Positions 21,928 through 31,699 of a DNA stretch of 64,000 bases are shown piece after piece. The position numbers were made by a program, and so were the translations under genes. The stretch covers positions 62,001 to 126,000 of the IMG/VR virus record IMGVR_UViG_3300024262_006558. One strand, 5' to 3'. The notes beneath the pieces are model-generated. The model did not search any database, was not told the DNA's origin, and worked only from the letters and a program-made list of their open reading frames with translations. Numbering within the stretch: position 1 is the stretch's first letter; every line of letters starts with the position of its first letter.

Positions 21928-22057
21928 TAAAAACTTTTCTTTATAAATAGCACAAAAATATATAGCACGCGCTATTTCCCTATTTAATTAATGGTTTTTT
22001 TAATATTTAATCATATATAATAATAAAAGAAAAAACATGTGTAAAAAATTTTTTTGC

Positions 22058-22065
22058 TATTTATA
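22058..22065 (+). promoter_or_regulatory. TATTTATA putative late-promoter motif (representative copy)
   Basis: Recurs on the coding strand a few to about 60 nt upstream of about 20 mostly structural genes (see findings). Confidence 0.65.
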
Positions 22066-22095
22066 ATAAACAAACACAACTTAAACTGATACGAC

Positions 22096-22584
22096 ATGGC
22101 AGATATGTTTAGACCAGTTCCAATTGAACAGGAACCTAAAAGAAAAAATAGGTTTGCTCTTGAATTTCCTACCGAGCTTGGTATTGATCAATTCATAGTG
22201 CAAACTTCTGGGAAACCAAAGTTAAATATTAACCCAGTGGAAATACCATATATGAATACTAGTACTTGGGTTGCTGGTAGATCTGTATGGCAATCGATTG
22301 ATGTAACATTCATCGATGTTATCGGACCCTCTACTACTCAAAAGCTTATGGAATGGATTAGACTTCATTTCGAATCAGCTACTGGTCGTATGGGATATGC
22401 TGTTGGTTACAAAAAGAACTTAGTATTAAAAGCGCTTGATCCGACTGGTATAGAGGTGGAAAAATGGACTCTTATCGGCTCAATGATTACTAATATCGAT
22501 TTTGGTGGATTTGACTACGGCGATGATGGACTTGCTGACATCACAATAAGTGTTCAAATGGACAGATGTTTATTAGCAGCTTAA
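22096..22584 (+). CDS. Tail tube protein (T4 gp19-like)
   Basis: PKRKNRF...EIPYMN...AGR..WQ.I.VTF...LDPTG..VEKWTL...D.G.FDY pattern, 162 aa. Confidence 0.85.
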   Translation: MADMFRPVPIEQEPKRKNRFALEFPTELGIDQFIVQTSGKPKLNINPVEIPYMNTSTWVAGRSVWQSIDVTFIDVIGPSTTQKLMEWIRLHFESATGRMGYAVGYKKNLVLKALDPTGIEVEKWTLIGSMITNIDFGGFDYGDDGLADITISVQMDRCLLAA

Positions 22585-22603
22585 TTCTCTAAAAGAATAC
22601 TTT

Positions 22604-22652
22604 AAAAGGATTTGTCTAACCTACGTCAGGTTTTAGGCAAATCCTTTTTTTT
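22604..22652 (+). terminator. Intrinsic terminator after tail tube gene
   Basis: aaggatttgtctaa...ttaggcaaatcc followed by a T-run. Confidence 0.75.
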
Positions 22653-22659
22653 AACACTC

Positions 22660-23022
22660 ATGGCAAATATAAGACTATATAGAAAATTTGTATGTATTAG
22701 CGCTCCTACCAGCGCTACAACAGCTTATGAATTTATCACCCCTTTCGGACTAACCGCAAACACTACAACTGCAGCAAGTAGTGGTGGAACGTTTATTGAA
22801 TCTGGACTGAGTCCGATTCAAGAATCTAAAGGAATTTACTATGTAGATCTAAATCCCAATTTATATGCTGGAGATGTTACTTATGAATTGATATGGAATG
22901 TGATATACCTTGCTGGGGTTCCAGTTAAAAGGTTGCAAACCAGATTTAGAATAGCCCCAAATATAGTTGGGGGAAATTTGGCTATAGAGGTTATGAATTA
23001 CCCATTAGAGATTGGTATATAA
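22660..23022 (+). CDS. Hypothetical structural protein
   Basis: ATG at 22660 after a terminator (MANIRLYRK...). Beta-rich, with GIYYVD. Confidence 0.6.
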   Translation: MANIRLYRKFVCISAPTSATTAYEFITPFGLTANTTTAASSGGTFIESGLSPIQESKGIYYVDLNPNLYAGDVTYELIWNVIYLAGVPVKRLQTRFRIAPNIVGGNLAIEVMNYPLEIGI

Positions 23023-23048
23023 AATAATATGATTGATATTGAGATTGG

Positions 23049-23411
23049 TTAAGAATTGTTGAGATCATCATTAATTTCAATATCTATACCTCCCACCTGC
23101 GGAATAGTAAGTTTCCCTCCTCCCGTGTATGATAATTCAAACTCCCCTTTATAATTTCCTGAAACGTTAGTATCTCCAAGTTTCCAATTATACTGAATCA
23201 CCCCTCCTGAAACGCAAGTTATCTGAGCTTCTTGATTAAGTATTTTTGCTATGTCGCAAGAAGTGTCAACCATCGTAAAAGTAACTCCAGTTACCCCGCT
23301 TAAGCTATAGTATTGCTTTTGCAAAAGCCTACCTCTATCAATTACATTTACCATCAATGATGGCATTGTGTCATTTCTTTTTATTGCGAATGTAGTTTTA
23401 CTTAATGGCAT
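23049..23411 (-). CDS. BppU-like baseplate/fibre-attachment domain protein
   Basis: IKRNDT.PSL...VTFTM...GVIQYNW..GDT...G.Y.GEF pattern. Confidence 0.6.
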   Translation of the reverse strand: MPLSKTTFAIKRNDTMPSLMVNVIDRGRLLQKQYYSLSGVTGVTFTMVDTSCDIAKILNQEAQITCVSGGVIQYNWKLGDTNVSGNYKGEFELSYTGGGKLTIPQVGGIDIEINDDLNNS

Positions 23412-23533
23412 CAGGAAACTCTATTTTATTATAAATAGATCAGAAAAATTAATGATTACCCTTTTTATTATCCTTAATTTCATTTAAAACTCTACTATAT
23501 TCTTCCCCCACTTTCATTTATAACATAATAACA

Positions 23534-23737
23534 TTATTTGTTTCTAATATACTTTTTTTTATTTATAGATTCTCTATCTCTTTTCTTAGATGTTAAGTGC
23601 CATCTATTACATAGATCGCATAAATATGACCTAATTGGCTTAACTCCTCTATTCTTAGCTCTCTTTATCCTTTTTAAATCCTTATTAGCAGACCCTTGAG
23701 ACACGTATCTAATTTTATCACACGATTCATCATTCAT
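23534..23737 (-). CDS. Small basic protein with Zn-finger-like YxCxxCxxWHLT motif
   Basis: C-x-K...SYLCDLCNRWHLTSK. Confidence 0.65.
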   Translation of the reverse strand: MNDESCDKIRYVSQGSANKDLKRIKRAKNRGVKPIRSYLCDLCNRWHLTSKKRDRESINKKKYIRNK

Positions 23738-24142
23738 CTAAAATACCTCCAGTTCTGGAACCCATCTCTTAGGAATCCTTTTAAATTTAACTTCTATTCT
23801 ATCTGGTCCGCTTCCAGAATAAATTTCCCATTTTCTATGTTTAGGATCAGGTTTTCTATCATTATACCTAAAAGGGTTTGCCGCGTTCATTTGAACCTTG
23901 TCTTTCCAGAATTTCCAAATGTCTCTATGCTTACCTCGATGCCAAAGAGATAGGTTAACAAAATATTTTTCCTTGAAAGTCTGCTCTATATATTTTTCAA
24001 CTTCTCTCAGATATCCTTTAACTAGAAAATTTCCCTTACTTGAATATACGTATGCTAAAGTGTATGCCCCGCCCCACATGCCAGTTTCTCCGCTAGCAGG
24101 AACTTCAATAACGCTTCTCCATCTTGTTTTTTGTTTACTCAT
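23738..24142 (-). CDS. Hypothetical protein
   Basis: 134-aa ORF. Confidence 0.65.
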   Translation of the reverse strand: MSKQKTRWRSVIEVPASGETGMWGGAYTLAYVYSSKGNFLVKGYLREVEKYIEQTFKEKYFVNLSLWHRGKHRDIWKFWKDKVQMNAANPFRYNDRKPDPKHRKWEIYSGSGPDRIEVKFKRIPKRWVPELEVF

Positions 24143-24397
24143 AAGAAAATTTTTAAAGAGGAAGGTATATTGAAATTTCCTTCTATTGGGTAGATTGAGC
24201 GTTTATAGTTCTACTCCTTTGTGAATCAGATAATGAACATAAGCCCAACCTGCAAAGCGAGAATACCACGGGAAATTTACCAAGGGCGTATTAAGCTTTC
24301 TGTATAGCCGCCACGTTTCACCTTCCTCTAATTATTTAATAAGTTAATGTCTTATATAGTACAACGAAGAAAGTTATAGAATTGTTGCGTGAAGCAA

Positions 24398-24508
24398 CTA
24401 ATTATTTTTACCCTCTTCTTGCTTTCGAACTTCATATCCACATTCTCTACTGCATGCAGGAGAAGTTTCTTTAGGTAGTGGATTGCCACAAATTGTACAT
24501 GTTCCCAT
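24398..24508 (-). CDS. 36-aa zinc-ribbon-like peptide
   Basis: Hand translation MGTCTICGNPLPKETSPACSRECGYEVRKQEEGKNN. Preceded by the TATTTAT motif. Confidence 0.5.
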   Translation of the reverse strand: MGTCTICGNPLPKETSPACSRECGYEVRKQEEGKNN

Positions 24509-24564
24509 GTTAATAAATAGACAAAAAAAGATTTGTAATGATCCCTTTTTAAATATTAATTACG

Positions 24565-24624
24565 ATAACAGAAAATAAAAGATAACTCTTCGAGTCGCTT
24601 AACGCTTATCTTTATTTTCGTGTT
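24565..24624 (-). repeat. Terminal hairpin site of array A, inverted copy of 60263..60322
   Basis: The reverse complement matches 60263..60322 at 59/60 nt. Confidence 0.95.
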
Positions 24625-24688
24625 GTATGCCATTAAAACGGTACGCTCGTACCTCGCCATACAACATGGTATATAAAACATACACTCA

Positions 24689-24847
24689 CTACCACTTTTC
24701 TTCTTTAAGAATTATAGGGTCAAAGGCGTAACCTAAATACGCCTTATACAGTTCAGGTCTTATCCAACCCCTATGTTTAGTTTTTAACCAAATTCCTTTT
24801 TTTATACGCCTTATTATGCGTATTTCATTCCATATACTTGTTATCAT
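24689..24847 (-). CDS. 52-aa basic, Trp-rich peptide encoded inside a hairpin loop
   Basis: Hand translation MITSIWNEIRIIRRIKKGIWLKTKHRGWIRPELYKAYLGYAFDPIILKEEKW. Flanked by arms gtatataaaacata / tacgtttcatatac. Confidence 0.6.
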   Translation of the reverse strand: MITSIWNEIRIIRRIKKGIWLKTKHRGWIRPELYKAYLGYAFDPIILKEEKW

Positions 24848-24890
24848 AATCCGTTCGTTTTACGTTTCATATACTTACCGTTGTAACACA

Positions 24891-25181
24891 TTAGCCAACT
24901 CTCGCTAAGTGCTTTCTAAAATCTTCGTTTTCCTTTTCCATAAATTCAGTAGCCTTTTGCATACATTCAATTAGGTTGTGGTTCTTGGTTTCTATTATTT
25001 CAGCAACTCCTTTCCATTGTCTTACTTCAGATGGGCTACCTTTGTCGCTTACATTTATGAAATAACCATCTTCATAGTCATACATAAAACAGATATTTCT
25101 TTCTTTTGCCAACGCTTCAAAACGTGTTACAACATTTTGTATAGTGCATGGCTTAATTTCGTTTTCTTTATTAGTGTTCAT
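24891..25181 (-). CDS. Cassette hypothetical protein (starts in loop, reads through the site)
   Basis: CTIQNVVTR is encoded by the hairpin arm and GTT. Confidence 0.65.
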   Translation of the reverse strand: MNTNKENEIKPCTIQNVVTRFEALAKERNICFMYDYEDGYFINVSDKGSPSEVRQWKGVAEIIETKNHNLIECMQKATEFMEKENEDFRKHLARVG

Positions 25182-25263
25182 CCTTATTTAAGTTTTTGGT
25201 CATTTATTTAATTAGCGGTTTCAAATCGCCACGACACCATACAAGATGCCGTTGTGTGTAATA

Positions 25264-25473
25264 CTAGCAACTACCATATCTGAAACTCCCAAATCCTTCA
25301 CCTTCGTATTCAGAATCAATAAAGAACCCTAATTTATCAAGTTCCTCAATATCATCCTTGCTCACTAATTCAGGGTCAATAGCTACATAAAAGTAGTCGT
25401 GTTCACAATGGCTTGGGTTTCTTGGGTTGCCATATTTTAAAAGTATTTGTAATGCTTTAATTAAATCTTCCAT
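25264..25473 (-). CDS. Cassette hypothetical protein
   Basis: MEDLIKALQILLKYGN...HCEHD. ATG at 25473. Confidence 0.7.
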   Translation of the reverse strand: MEDLIKALQILLKYGNPRNPSHCEHDYFYVAIDPELVSKDDIEELDKLGFFIDSEYEGEGFGSFRYGSC

Positions 25474-25612
25474 CTTTCTATTTAGTTTGTGGCTTAAATT
25501 CCGTACTACACACAACAATGTATATAGTTTATAAGCCTAATTAATATTATTTTTCAATTTGTAAATTTGTGCTATGGCTTACAAAACCATATACTCAACG
25601 TTATGCTTAACA

Positions 25613-25864
25613 CTATTGCATTAATTCTAACATAGCGTCTATACCATGTATTTGTTTAGTTGCTTTGAGTGTATCGTCTTCTTTGCTCTCTATATTTAAA
25701 GAGTAGCTTTTGCCATAACAAACTACTTTATCACTATGTATGTGGCAAAATCCAGCACTTATAGGTTCAAGGTGTTTAAAAGTCGAGTGTTCTATTGTTG
25801 TCGGGAAAATTATAATTTCGTCATATTCTCCTAATCTTACGTATTTCTGTTTTGTATCGTACAT
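25613..25864 (-). CDS. Cassette hypothetical protein
   Basis: KYV...IIIFP..IEHS...PISAGFC....CYGKSYSLNI pattern, typical of small phage proteins. Confidence 0.7.
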   Translation of the reverse strand: MYDTKQKYVRLGEYDEIIIFPTTIEHSTFKHLEPISAGFCHIHSDKVVCYGKSYSLNIESKEDDTLKATKQIHGIDAMLELMQ

Positions 25865-25960
25865 TTTCAATTTTAGTTTAGTGGTTTAACAATCCGTGAT
25901 AAGCATAACACAACCTATAAAGCCAAAAAAAAGGCTTATAGCTTTGTGCATTAGGCACAA

Positions 25961-26185
25961 TTAAGAAACGAACTCATTAAATTCATCTTCCTTAATTTCT
26001 CGTGCTTTACTATTCGTTACACCACCATACTTTTTAGATACCTTTAAAACCGCATCATCTTCATTTAATGCAAATGTGTAAGCACTCGAAGGTGTACAGT
26101 AAGGTCTTGATACCCTATAAAATTTAACTGTGCCTAACATTGTGTATAGCACATTGCTTTCGGTGTTTTTTGATACTGTATTCAT
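25961..26185 (-). CDS. Cassette hypothetical protein (reads through site)
   Basis: VLYTMLGTV is encoded by the arm and GTT. Confidence 0.6.
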   Translation of the reverse strand: MNTVSKNTESNVLYTMLGTVKFYRVSRPYCTPSSAYTFALNEDDAVLKVSKKYGGVTNSKAREIKEDEFNEFVS

Positions 26186-26257
26186 AGTTTTAAGTTTTTT
26201 ATTTTCAATTTAAGTTAGTGAGGCAACGCGCCATACACTCGTTCGTTATAGTGCATA

Positions 26258-26440
26258 TTATTGCTTTACTTCTTTACCACAATCAAAACACTCGTATTCT
26301 GTTTCGCTTATTGGTTTTTGCATACTTGGCTGCACACAATCGCAATAAAACGTACCCTTCGGCACAATAACATTATCTATATTTAATAGCTTGTTTTCTG
26401 CTTCCTTTTTACCTTCGTTGTACATTTGAAAATCATTCAT
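26258..26440 (-). CDS. Cassette Cys-rich small protein (reads through site)
   Basis: LNIDNVIVP crosses the site. Contains CxC...CxxC. Confidence 0.6.
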   Translation of the reverse strand: MNDFQMYNEGKKEAENKLLNIDNVIVPKGTFYCDCVQPSMQKPISETEYECFDCGKEVKQ

Positions 26441-26500
26441 AATTCATATTTTTAAGTTATTAATCGCTACTAAAACATAGACCTTACATTATATTTAATG

Positions 26501-26698
26501 CTACTTATGTAGTTCTAAACAACGGTATCTAAAATTATATTCATCGTACCAAAAACTTCTACAATTCCACATATTTATAGCATCCCCATAAACATTATTA
26601 TCAAACTTTAACCCTCTTTCTTCTGCTTGTTTGCAACTGTCTATCACTTTAAATCTGTGATAAAAGCATACAGTCATAAATCTTAATATTTTTTTCAT
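26501..26698 (-). CDS. Cassette hypothetical protein
   Basis: 65 aa, with NVYGDAIN..NCRS.W. Confidence 0.65.
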   Translation of the reverse strand: MKKILRFMTVCFYHRFKVIDSCKQAEERGLKFDNNVYGDAINMWNCRSFWYDEYNFRYRCLELHK

Positions 26699-26792
26699 TT
26701 TATCTATTTTGTTTTTAGTTAATTAACCGCACTAAAATATAACACGGTATAAAATGGCATTAAAACGCCATCTATACAACCGTTATATGCAA

Positions 26793-27101
26793 TTATAGTT
26801 TTAGTATTTGTTTAATGTCTGAATAACTAAACGTGCTACTTTTGAATTGATTCTTATCATTAGGGTTATACTTACCTATTTTATGACAATCTCTTTGTAT
26901 ATGATACAATAAATCACCAGTAGCGTACAGACTGCCATCTTTATTTATGCTGTAAACTACCCCTTCTTTTACCGTGTACAAATCTCTTCTTGCAACATAA
27001 TCTCTACCACAATAACACAAAGATATTTCCGCAAACAACCCACCTTCAAGCTCTCCACTTATTCTTAAATTTTCGGATAGTTCTTTTTCTATTAAATCCA
27101 T
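26793..27101 (-). CDS. Cassette hypothetical protein
   Basis: 102-aa ORF bounded by complementary ends. Confidence 0.65.
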   Translation of the reverse strand: MDLIEKELSENLRISGELEGGLFAEISLCYCGRDYVARRDLYTVKEGVVYSINKDGSLYATGDLLYHIQRDCHKIGKYNPNDKNQFKSSTFSYSDIKQILKL

Positions 27102-27256
27102 TCTATTAAGTTTATCGGTTAATAATCAACTGCATACAGCATATAGTAAACGGCAATACAAAACTTCTACTTTAACATTATGAGCAACATTTTAACCATT
27201 TCTTTATTTGTGGTTATTTATCCGTAAAATAAAACATTTTATAGCTGTACTCATTA

Positions 27257-27895
27257 TCACCCTATTAGCTTAGTGTTTTGTTGAATTAACAATTGAGCAC
27301 CTTCTGAATCTAGATCAAAAAACAAAGACATTTTTTTAACTAGTTCTTGCATGCCCTTTTTGATGTTTTCAAAGAACTCAAGATTATCTTTAGTGTATTC
27401 AATAAACGTCATCCCATCCAATACGGTCCAGTGAATATTATTTACTGAAGAGACTTTATGATCCTCATCTACTGGAAAATACTCATTAGACTTCCCATTA
27501 AATACCTCCATGAAAATTTTATAATCAATTCCAATAGCGCAATCTGGAGCAGTAAAAGCATCGAACCCTTTTATCTTGCGCGACACGCCTTCAATCGTAC
27601 CTGAATAACTACCTTCACTTACACTATTCATCGTTAGAGAAGTTGTTGCTTTGCATCTGTAAGCTATTACAAGGCGTTCACTTTTTTTAAATTCATGATA
27701 CTTTGGTATGGCTTTATATATAGCTTCTGTCAGCTCAGCTTCTGTGTTGTAGCCAGCATTACTAACTCCCGTCAAATTAAAGAACTCCTCATCTATCCCT
27801 CTAATTTCAAAACCATATTTTTGAGTATAAAACAAAGGGTAGGACACTGGATGTTCTGTGCCAATTCTAAATTCTTTTTTACCAACTTTAGCCAT
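27257..27895 (-). CDS. Hypothetical protein upstream of array A
   Basis: 212-aa ORF. No tyrosine-recombinase motifs recognised. Confidence 0.7.
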   Translation of the reverse strand: MAKVGKKEFRIGTEHPVSYPLFYTQKYGFEIRGIDEEFFNLTGVSNAGYNTEAELTEAIYKAIPKYHEFKKSERLVIAYRCKATTSLTMNSVSEGSYSGTIEGVSRKIKGFDAFTAPDCAIGIDYKIFMEVFNGKSNEYFPVDEDHKVSSVNNIHWTVLDGMTFIEYTKDNLEFFENIKKGMQELVKKMSLFFDLDSEGAQLLIQQNTKLIG

Positions 27896-28020
27896 AACAT
27901 ATTTCTTTTGTATGATTTAATAACGAATTAATTTTAAATTTGTTGCCTATGAATCCGTTATAATATTATTACTTAATCGGAAATTTTCCGATTATCATAT
28001 CTCATATTTACATTTTTAGC

Positions 28021-28053
28021 AAAAAAAAAGAGACCCTTTTGAGGTCTCTTTTT
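28021..28053 (-). terminator. Intrinsic terminator after sheath gene
   Basis: A-run, agagacc...ggtctct, T-run. Confidence 0.8.
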
Positions 28054-28076
28054 ATATATTTGATTATTAATCTCTG

Positions 28077-30458
28077 TTAAAAATCTTCGAACGAAGCGCC
28101 AGTTGGTAAAACTTGAAAGGTCAAGTCGATGAATTCAACTGATGGAGTTGGTTGTAATTGAATCTTACCTACCAATGTGTTTCTATCAATTGTATCTGTA
28201 GAGTTCAAAGTGTCATCCATTACCACATTAAAAGCATTTAAACCTCTTTGGTTTTGGATATTCAATAATATTGGCTCCACTTTCGCTAAGAATTGATCTC
28301 TTAACGTCTGATCGTTTTGTTCGAAAAGCAATGTTAAAGATGCTGCAGCTACTAATCTTCTTACTTGAAGTAATAATCTTCTTACGTTGATTCTATCAAG
28401 TGAAGAACTTTGTCTCTGTAGTGTCTTCTGACCAAAGATAACGATACCTTGTTGAACGAAAGATGCAATTGGATTGACTCTTCCTTGGTAAAGCGTATCT
28501 CTGTTTCCAGCGTTCATTTTCACATCAACTTTGTTTACAAAGTCTCCTAACAAACCTCTGTTGATACCTGCTGGCGCGAACCATGGGTTAGCAACATTAT
28601 CTGTAAGCGCGATTGCTTGAACAGCTCCCATTGTAGGTGCTTGGTAAGTATAAACACTATTGTTAGCGTCTATAATTTGAATCCAAGGCCAATAAGTAGC
28701 AGCATAACTAGAATCAATTCCTGTTGAATCTAATATAGACACAATCTCTTCTGGAGTTCCCTTAACTTCACCAGAGGTAAGTCTTGGAGCATCCATTATG
28801 TATAAGCTATCAGCTCTATCTTCAACCATTTCAAGCGCAGAATTAATTAACTCAAAGTTATTTGAGAAATCTATACCTGGCGTTGCGAATAGGTTGATGT
28901 CAACCTCTTCTGGATTAGAAAATGTTCCAATACCTGCTTTAAATGAATTTGAGTTATCTATTTTAGATGCTGCAAATTCTTCATATTGCTCTTCATAAGA
29001 ATACAATTTATCCCATCCATCAAAACCGCCTGCTGGCACTAATGTGAATTTCAATTTATTTCTATCAATTCTAGTTCCTGCAGCATTAGTATAAGCTGAC
29101 ATTGAAATTTTATCTCCAGTAGTAAATCCTGTTGGCGCAGCGCTTTCCATATGGAAACCGTTAACAGTTGTCATTCCGCTAGAAACCCCTCCTTGATAAG
29201 AGAAAAAATCTTTCTCAAGAGTCTTGATAGAATTCTGGAAAGAAATCTCATTTTGAGTTTGAGAAGTGTATCCAAGCTCAGTAAGACCTAAATAAGATCT
29301 AAAGATTGAATCTCCTGACAAATATGTAGTTTTATAAAATAAATCTGGAGCAGTTGTTCCAGAAACTCCATTATTTCTAATGCTATATCCTCTAAAACCA
29401 CCTGGTACAGTGTTAGATGGTATATTTTGAGCCATCTCTACAGTTATGTAAGAAGATCTCCTTGGGTAATCCTCATCAGTTGTACCAATTACTCTTGCAA
29501 TGTAACCGTTTGAAGTTTCATCTAACGAAAGATTAGAGAATCTTTCAAGAGCTGTTTGGCTAGCTGTTTTGTCTGTATCATTAAAGCTTCTTACTAGAAG
29601 ATCGAATGTATAGTTGTTAATGTCAATGTTTTGAATTGATATCTTGATTTCTTCATTTGCAGAATCACCATCAGAAATTGTTCTAACCTTGAAAAGGTTT
29701 CTAACTTCATTTCCTATAACTCTAGAAACAACCCATGGAGTAACTGCGTCAGAATAACTGTCAGCATAATCTGTATAAGAAGCATCATTTGCGTATACTA
29801 AAGTAGGACTCAAATCTGACAACTCACCTCTTGCAAAAGATTCTCTCACATAATGAGGAAAAATACTTTCAACATAAAGATCAATTTCCCCTGTTATAAC
29901 ATCTGGACTTTCACCTAACGCTCTAACAATGTAATCATCTCTAGTTTCATCTAAAGATACTGTCATTCCGCTTCCAGTAATCCCTGTCATAGGACCTGTA
30001 GTTGCGCTTAATACGAATGAACTAAGAGGTGTACTACCTGTAGTTAACCCCCCTATAGTCACGTCACTTTCCTCATTGAATGAGAACTCTCCGCTAATTT
30101 GATTTGCTTTACTTCTAAGAACTGCTAATACTGATCCAGCATTAGTTGATCCTGTTCCAGCAACGATTAACCACGCTCCTGAGTTAGTAAAACCATTTTG
30201 TCCCAAAATTCTTGTGACCGTTAACTCATTGGACTGTGCCAAGAATGCGTTCGCAACATAAGGGAGTGAAAATTTAGGGTTTGTGCTTCCAAATCTTGCA
30301 AGGTACTCATCGGTACTTGCAATTTTTACTGGTTCGAAAGCAGGCCCTTTTAACGTTTTACCAACAAGACCCAATCTTGTGATACCAACTCTTGATGCAA
30401 AGATGGTAAAATCTTGTTCTCTAGTAAAAACACCTGGTGATAAGAATACTGTAGCCAT
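28077..30458 (-). CDS. Tail sheath protein (T4 gp18-like)
   Basis: SPGVFTREQD N-terminus; YAATYWPW, PWFAPAG.NRG, NPI, GQKTLQ...DRINVRRL C-terminus. Confidence 0.95.
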   Translation of the reverse strand: MATVFLSPGVFTREQDFTIFASRVGITRLGLVGKTLKGPAFEPVKIASTDEYLARFGSTNPKFSLPYVANAFLAQSNELTVTRILGQNGFTNSGAWLIVAGTGSTNAGSVLAVLRSKANQISGEFSFNEESDVTIGGLTTGSTPLSSFVLSATTGPMTGITGSGMTVSLDETRDDYIVRALGESPDVITGEIDLYVESIFPHYVRESFARGELSDLSPTLVYANDASYTDYADSYSDAVTPWVVSRVIGNEVRNLFKVRTISDGDSANEEIKISIQNIDINNYTFDLLVRSFNDTDKTASQTALERFSNLSLDETSNGYIARVIGTTDEDYPRRSSYITVEMAQNIPSNTVPGGFRGYSIRNNGVSGTTAPDLFYKTTYLSGDSIFRSYLGLTELGYTSQTQNEISFQNSIKTLEKDFFSYQGGVSSGMTTVNGFHMESAAPTGFTTGDKISMSAYTNAAGTRIDRNKLKFTLVPAGGFDGWDKLYSYEEQYEEFAASKIDNSNSFKAGIGTFSNPEEVDINLFATPGIDFSNNFELINSALEMVEDRADSLYIMDAPRLTSGEVKGTPEEIVSILDSTGIDSSYAATYWPWIQIIDANNSVYTYQAPTMGAVQAIALTDNVANPWFAPAGINRGLLGDFVNKVDVKMNAGNRDTLYQGRVNPIASFVQQGIVIFGQKTLQRQSSSLDRINVRRLLLQVRRLVAAASLTLLFEQNDQTLRDQFLAKVEPILLNIQNQRGLNAFNVVMDDTLNSTDTIDRNTLVGKIQLQPTPSVEFIDLTFQVLPTGASFEDF

Positions 30459-30481
30459 TTAACTTCTATTTTTAGTCTTTT

Positions 30482-30835
30482 TTACTCGGTTTTTTTTGTT
30501 TTTTTACTTTTTGCAGAAGAAGCTTCCTTAATGATTTCCGAATCTTTCTCATCAATCACTCCGTCCTTGTTTACATCTGCAATATATTCTTCAGTTTGTT
30601 CTTTAGCCTTTTCCACTTCAGAAATCACTTTCTTTGGTGCTTCAGGGGCTGGAGCTGCTATTGAAGCTTCTACTAGGTGTCCATGTTTAAATAGAAATTT
30701 GTTAACCACTTGATCAACACTATTCAAAGTTGGAATATCAACCGTTTCACCAGCTAATATCTTGTATACAACCGATCTAACTCCATCTTTGAAGTGTAAT
30801 GTGGCATATCCTTGTTTTGTGTTCCTAACTATCAT
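30482..30835 (-). CDS. Hypothetical protein with an EF-hand/dockerin-like loop
   Basis: ADVNKDGVIDEKD. Confidence 0.6.
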   Translation of the reverse strand: MIVRNTKQGYATLHFKDGVRSVVYKILAGETVDIPTLNSVDQVVNKFLFKHGHLVEASIAAPAPEAPKKVISEVEKAKEQTEEYIADVNKDGVIDEKDSEIIKEASSAKSKKTKKTE

Positions 30836-30902
30836 TCTACACGCTATTTTTAGATAAATAGATAAAAATTTTCAAACTTATGCTTATTTACCTGAATACT
30901 AA

Positions 30903-31622
30903 TTAATCTTTTTTCTCGCAAATATTGATTGCTATTTTAGTAATCGTACTTACTTTCTCAAAGTCAGAAGGGTCTATTAATTTTCCGTGTACCTCTAAAG
31001 GTATTCTCACCGTATAAATAGACTCTTGAGTCAAATCATCAATATTATTTTCAGTGCTTGGATCTCCAGACATATATGCTGGAACATCGTATCCATTTAT
31101 TTTCATATATCCTTGAAAATCTGAAAAACCATCTCTTATAATCATCTCATAAAACTCATTTACATCTTCCATGTAATGAGTTTCAAAAATTAATTCATAA
31201 CCAGTATTAACATAAGTTGGTTGTGGAATTTTATAAATATCATACCCTTTTAAAGTTCCGTCAAAAACAGGAACTTTAACAAATGAAAATTTTCTCTTTC
31301 TTGGTATTGTTGACTTAAGTGGGGATAAGCCTTTTTTCACATTCGTCCTATGGATAGTAACAAACGGTCTAGCTATTTCCTCCCCTCTTTCTTCATTATT
31401 AAAAGCCCAGTTTTGTTTTCTTTCCGCCCAAAGTTCTTTGTTTCCCCAAAGAACTGGTACGGGTATTTGCTTATCCGTTTGATCTGTAACAGAAAAATTT
31501 AACTCTTTTATGTAATCAAAAACTCCTAGATCTAAATCCTCTAAAGCAAGCTTCTGAGGCAAAAAATTGCTGTTTTCAAAATTCTTATCCAGTAAATCTT
31601 GTTGGTTTTTTATAGTACCCAT
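30903..31622 (-). CDS. Putative tail terminator/completion protein (gp15-like)
   Basis: Size, position between sheath and neck genes, and IPVPV...PFVTI.R...IPQP.Y...YEL pattern. Confidence 0.55.
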   Translation of the reverse strand: MGTIKNQQDLLDKNFENSNFLPQKLALEDLDLGVFDYIKELNFSVTDQTDKQIPVPVLWGNKELWAERKQNWAFNNEERGEEIARPFVTIHRTNVKKGLSPLKSTIPRKRKFSFVKVPVFDGTLKGYDIYKIPQPTYVNTGYELIFETHYMEDVNEFYEMIIRDGFSDFQGYMKINGYDVPAYMSGDPSTENNIDDLTQESIYTVRIPLEVHGKLIDPSDFEKVSTITKIAINICEKKD

Positions 31623-31699
31623 AGAGATGTTTATTAATAAATAGCTAACAAATATTTGATTTTTCGCTTTTTACGAGATATATTTGTTTTGTTGTAACC

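Larger units (their letters stand above)
24565..27140 (-). mobile_element. Integron-like cassette array A (about 9 attC-like hairpin sites, about 8 small ORFs)
   Basis: Plus-strand unit ends GTT...AAC are complementary: 24622/24665, 24880/25133 (gttgtaacac/gtgttacaac), 25251/25516, 25600/25909 (gttatgctta/taagcataac), 25950/26138, 26245/26371, 26488/26743, 26782/27140. Units are separated by inverted-arm hairpins. Confidence 0.75.

Noticed and set aside
24565-27140. Hairpins as simple intrinsic terminators
   Set aside because: They are AT-rich, lack U-tails, have fixed AAC/GTT ends and are often translated through. True terminators in this window look different.
27257-27895. Candidate integrase for array A
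   Set aside because: No recognisable tyrosine or serine recombinase or HUH motifs; only a structure search could revive this.
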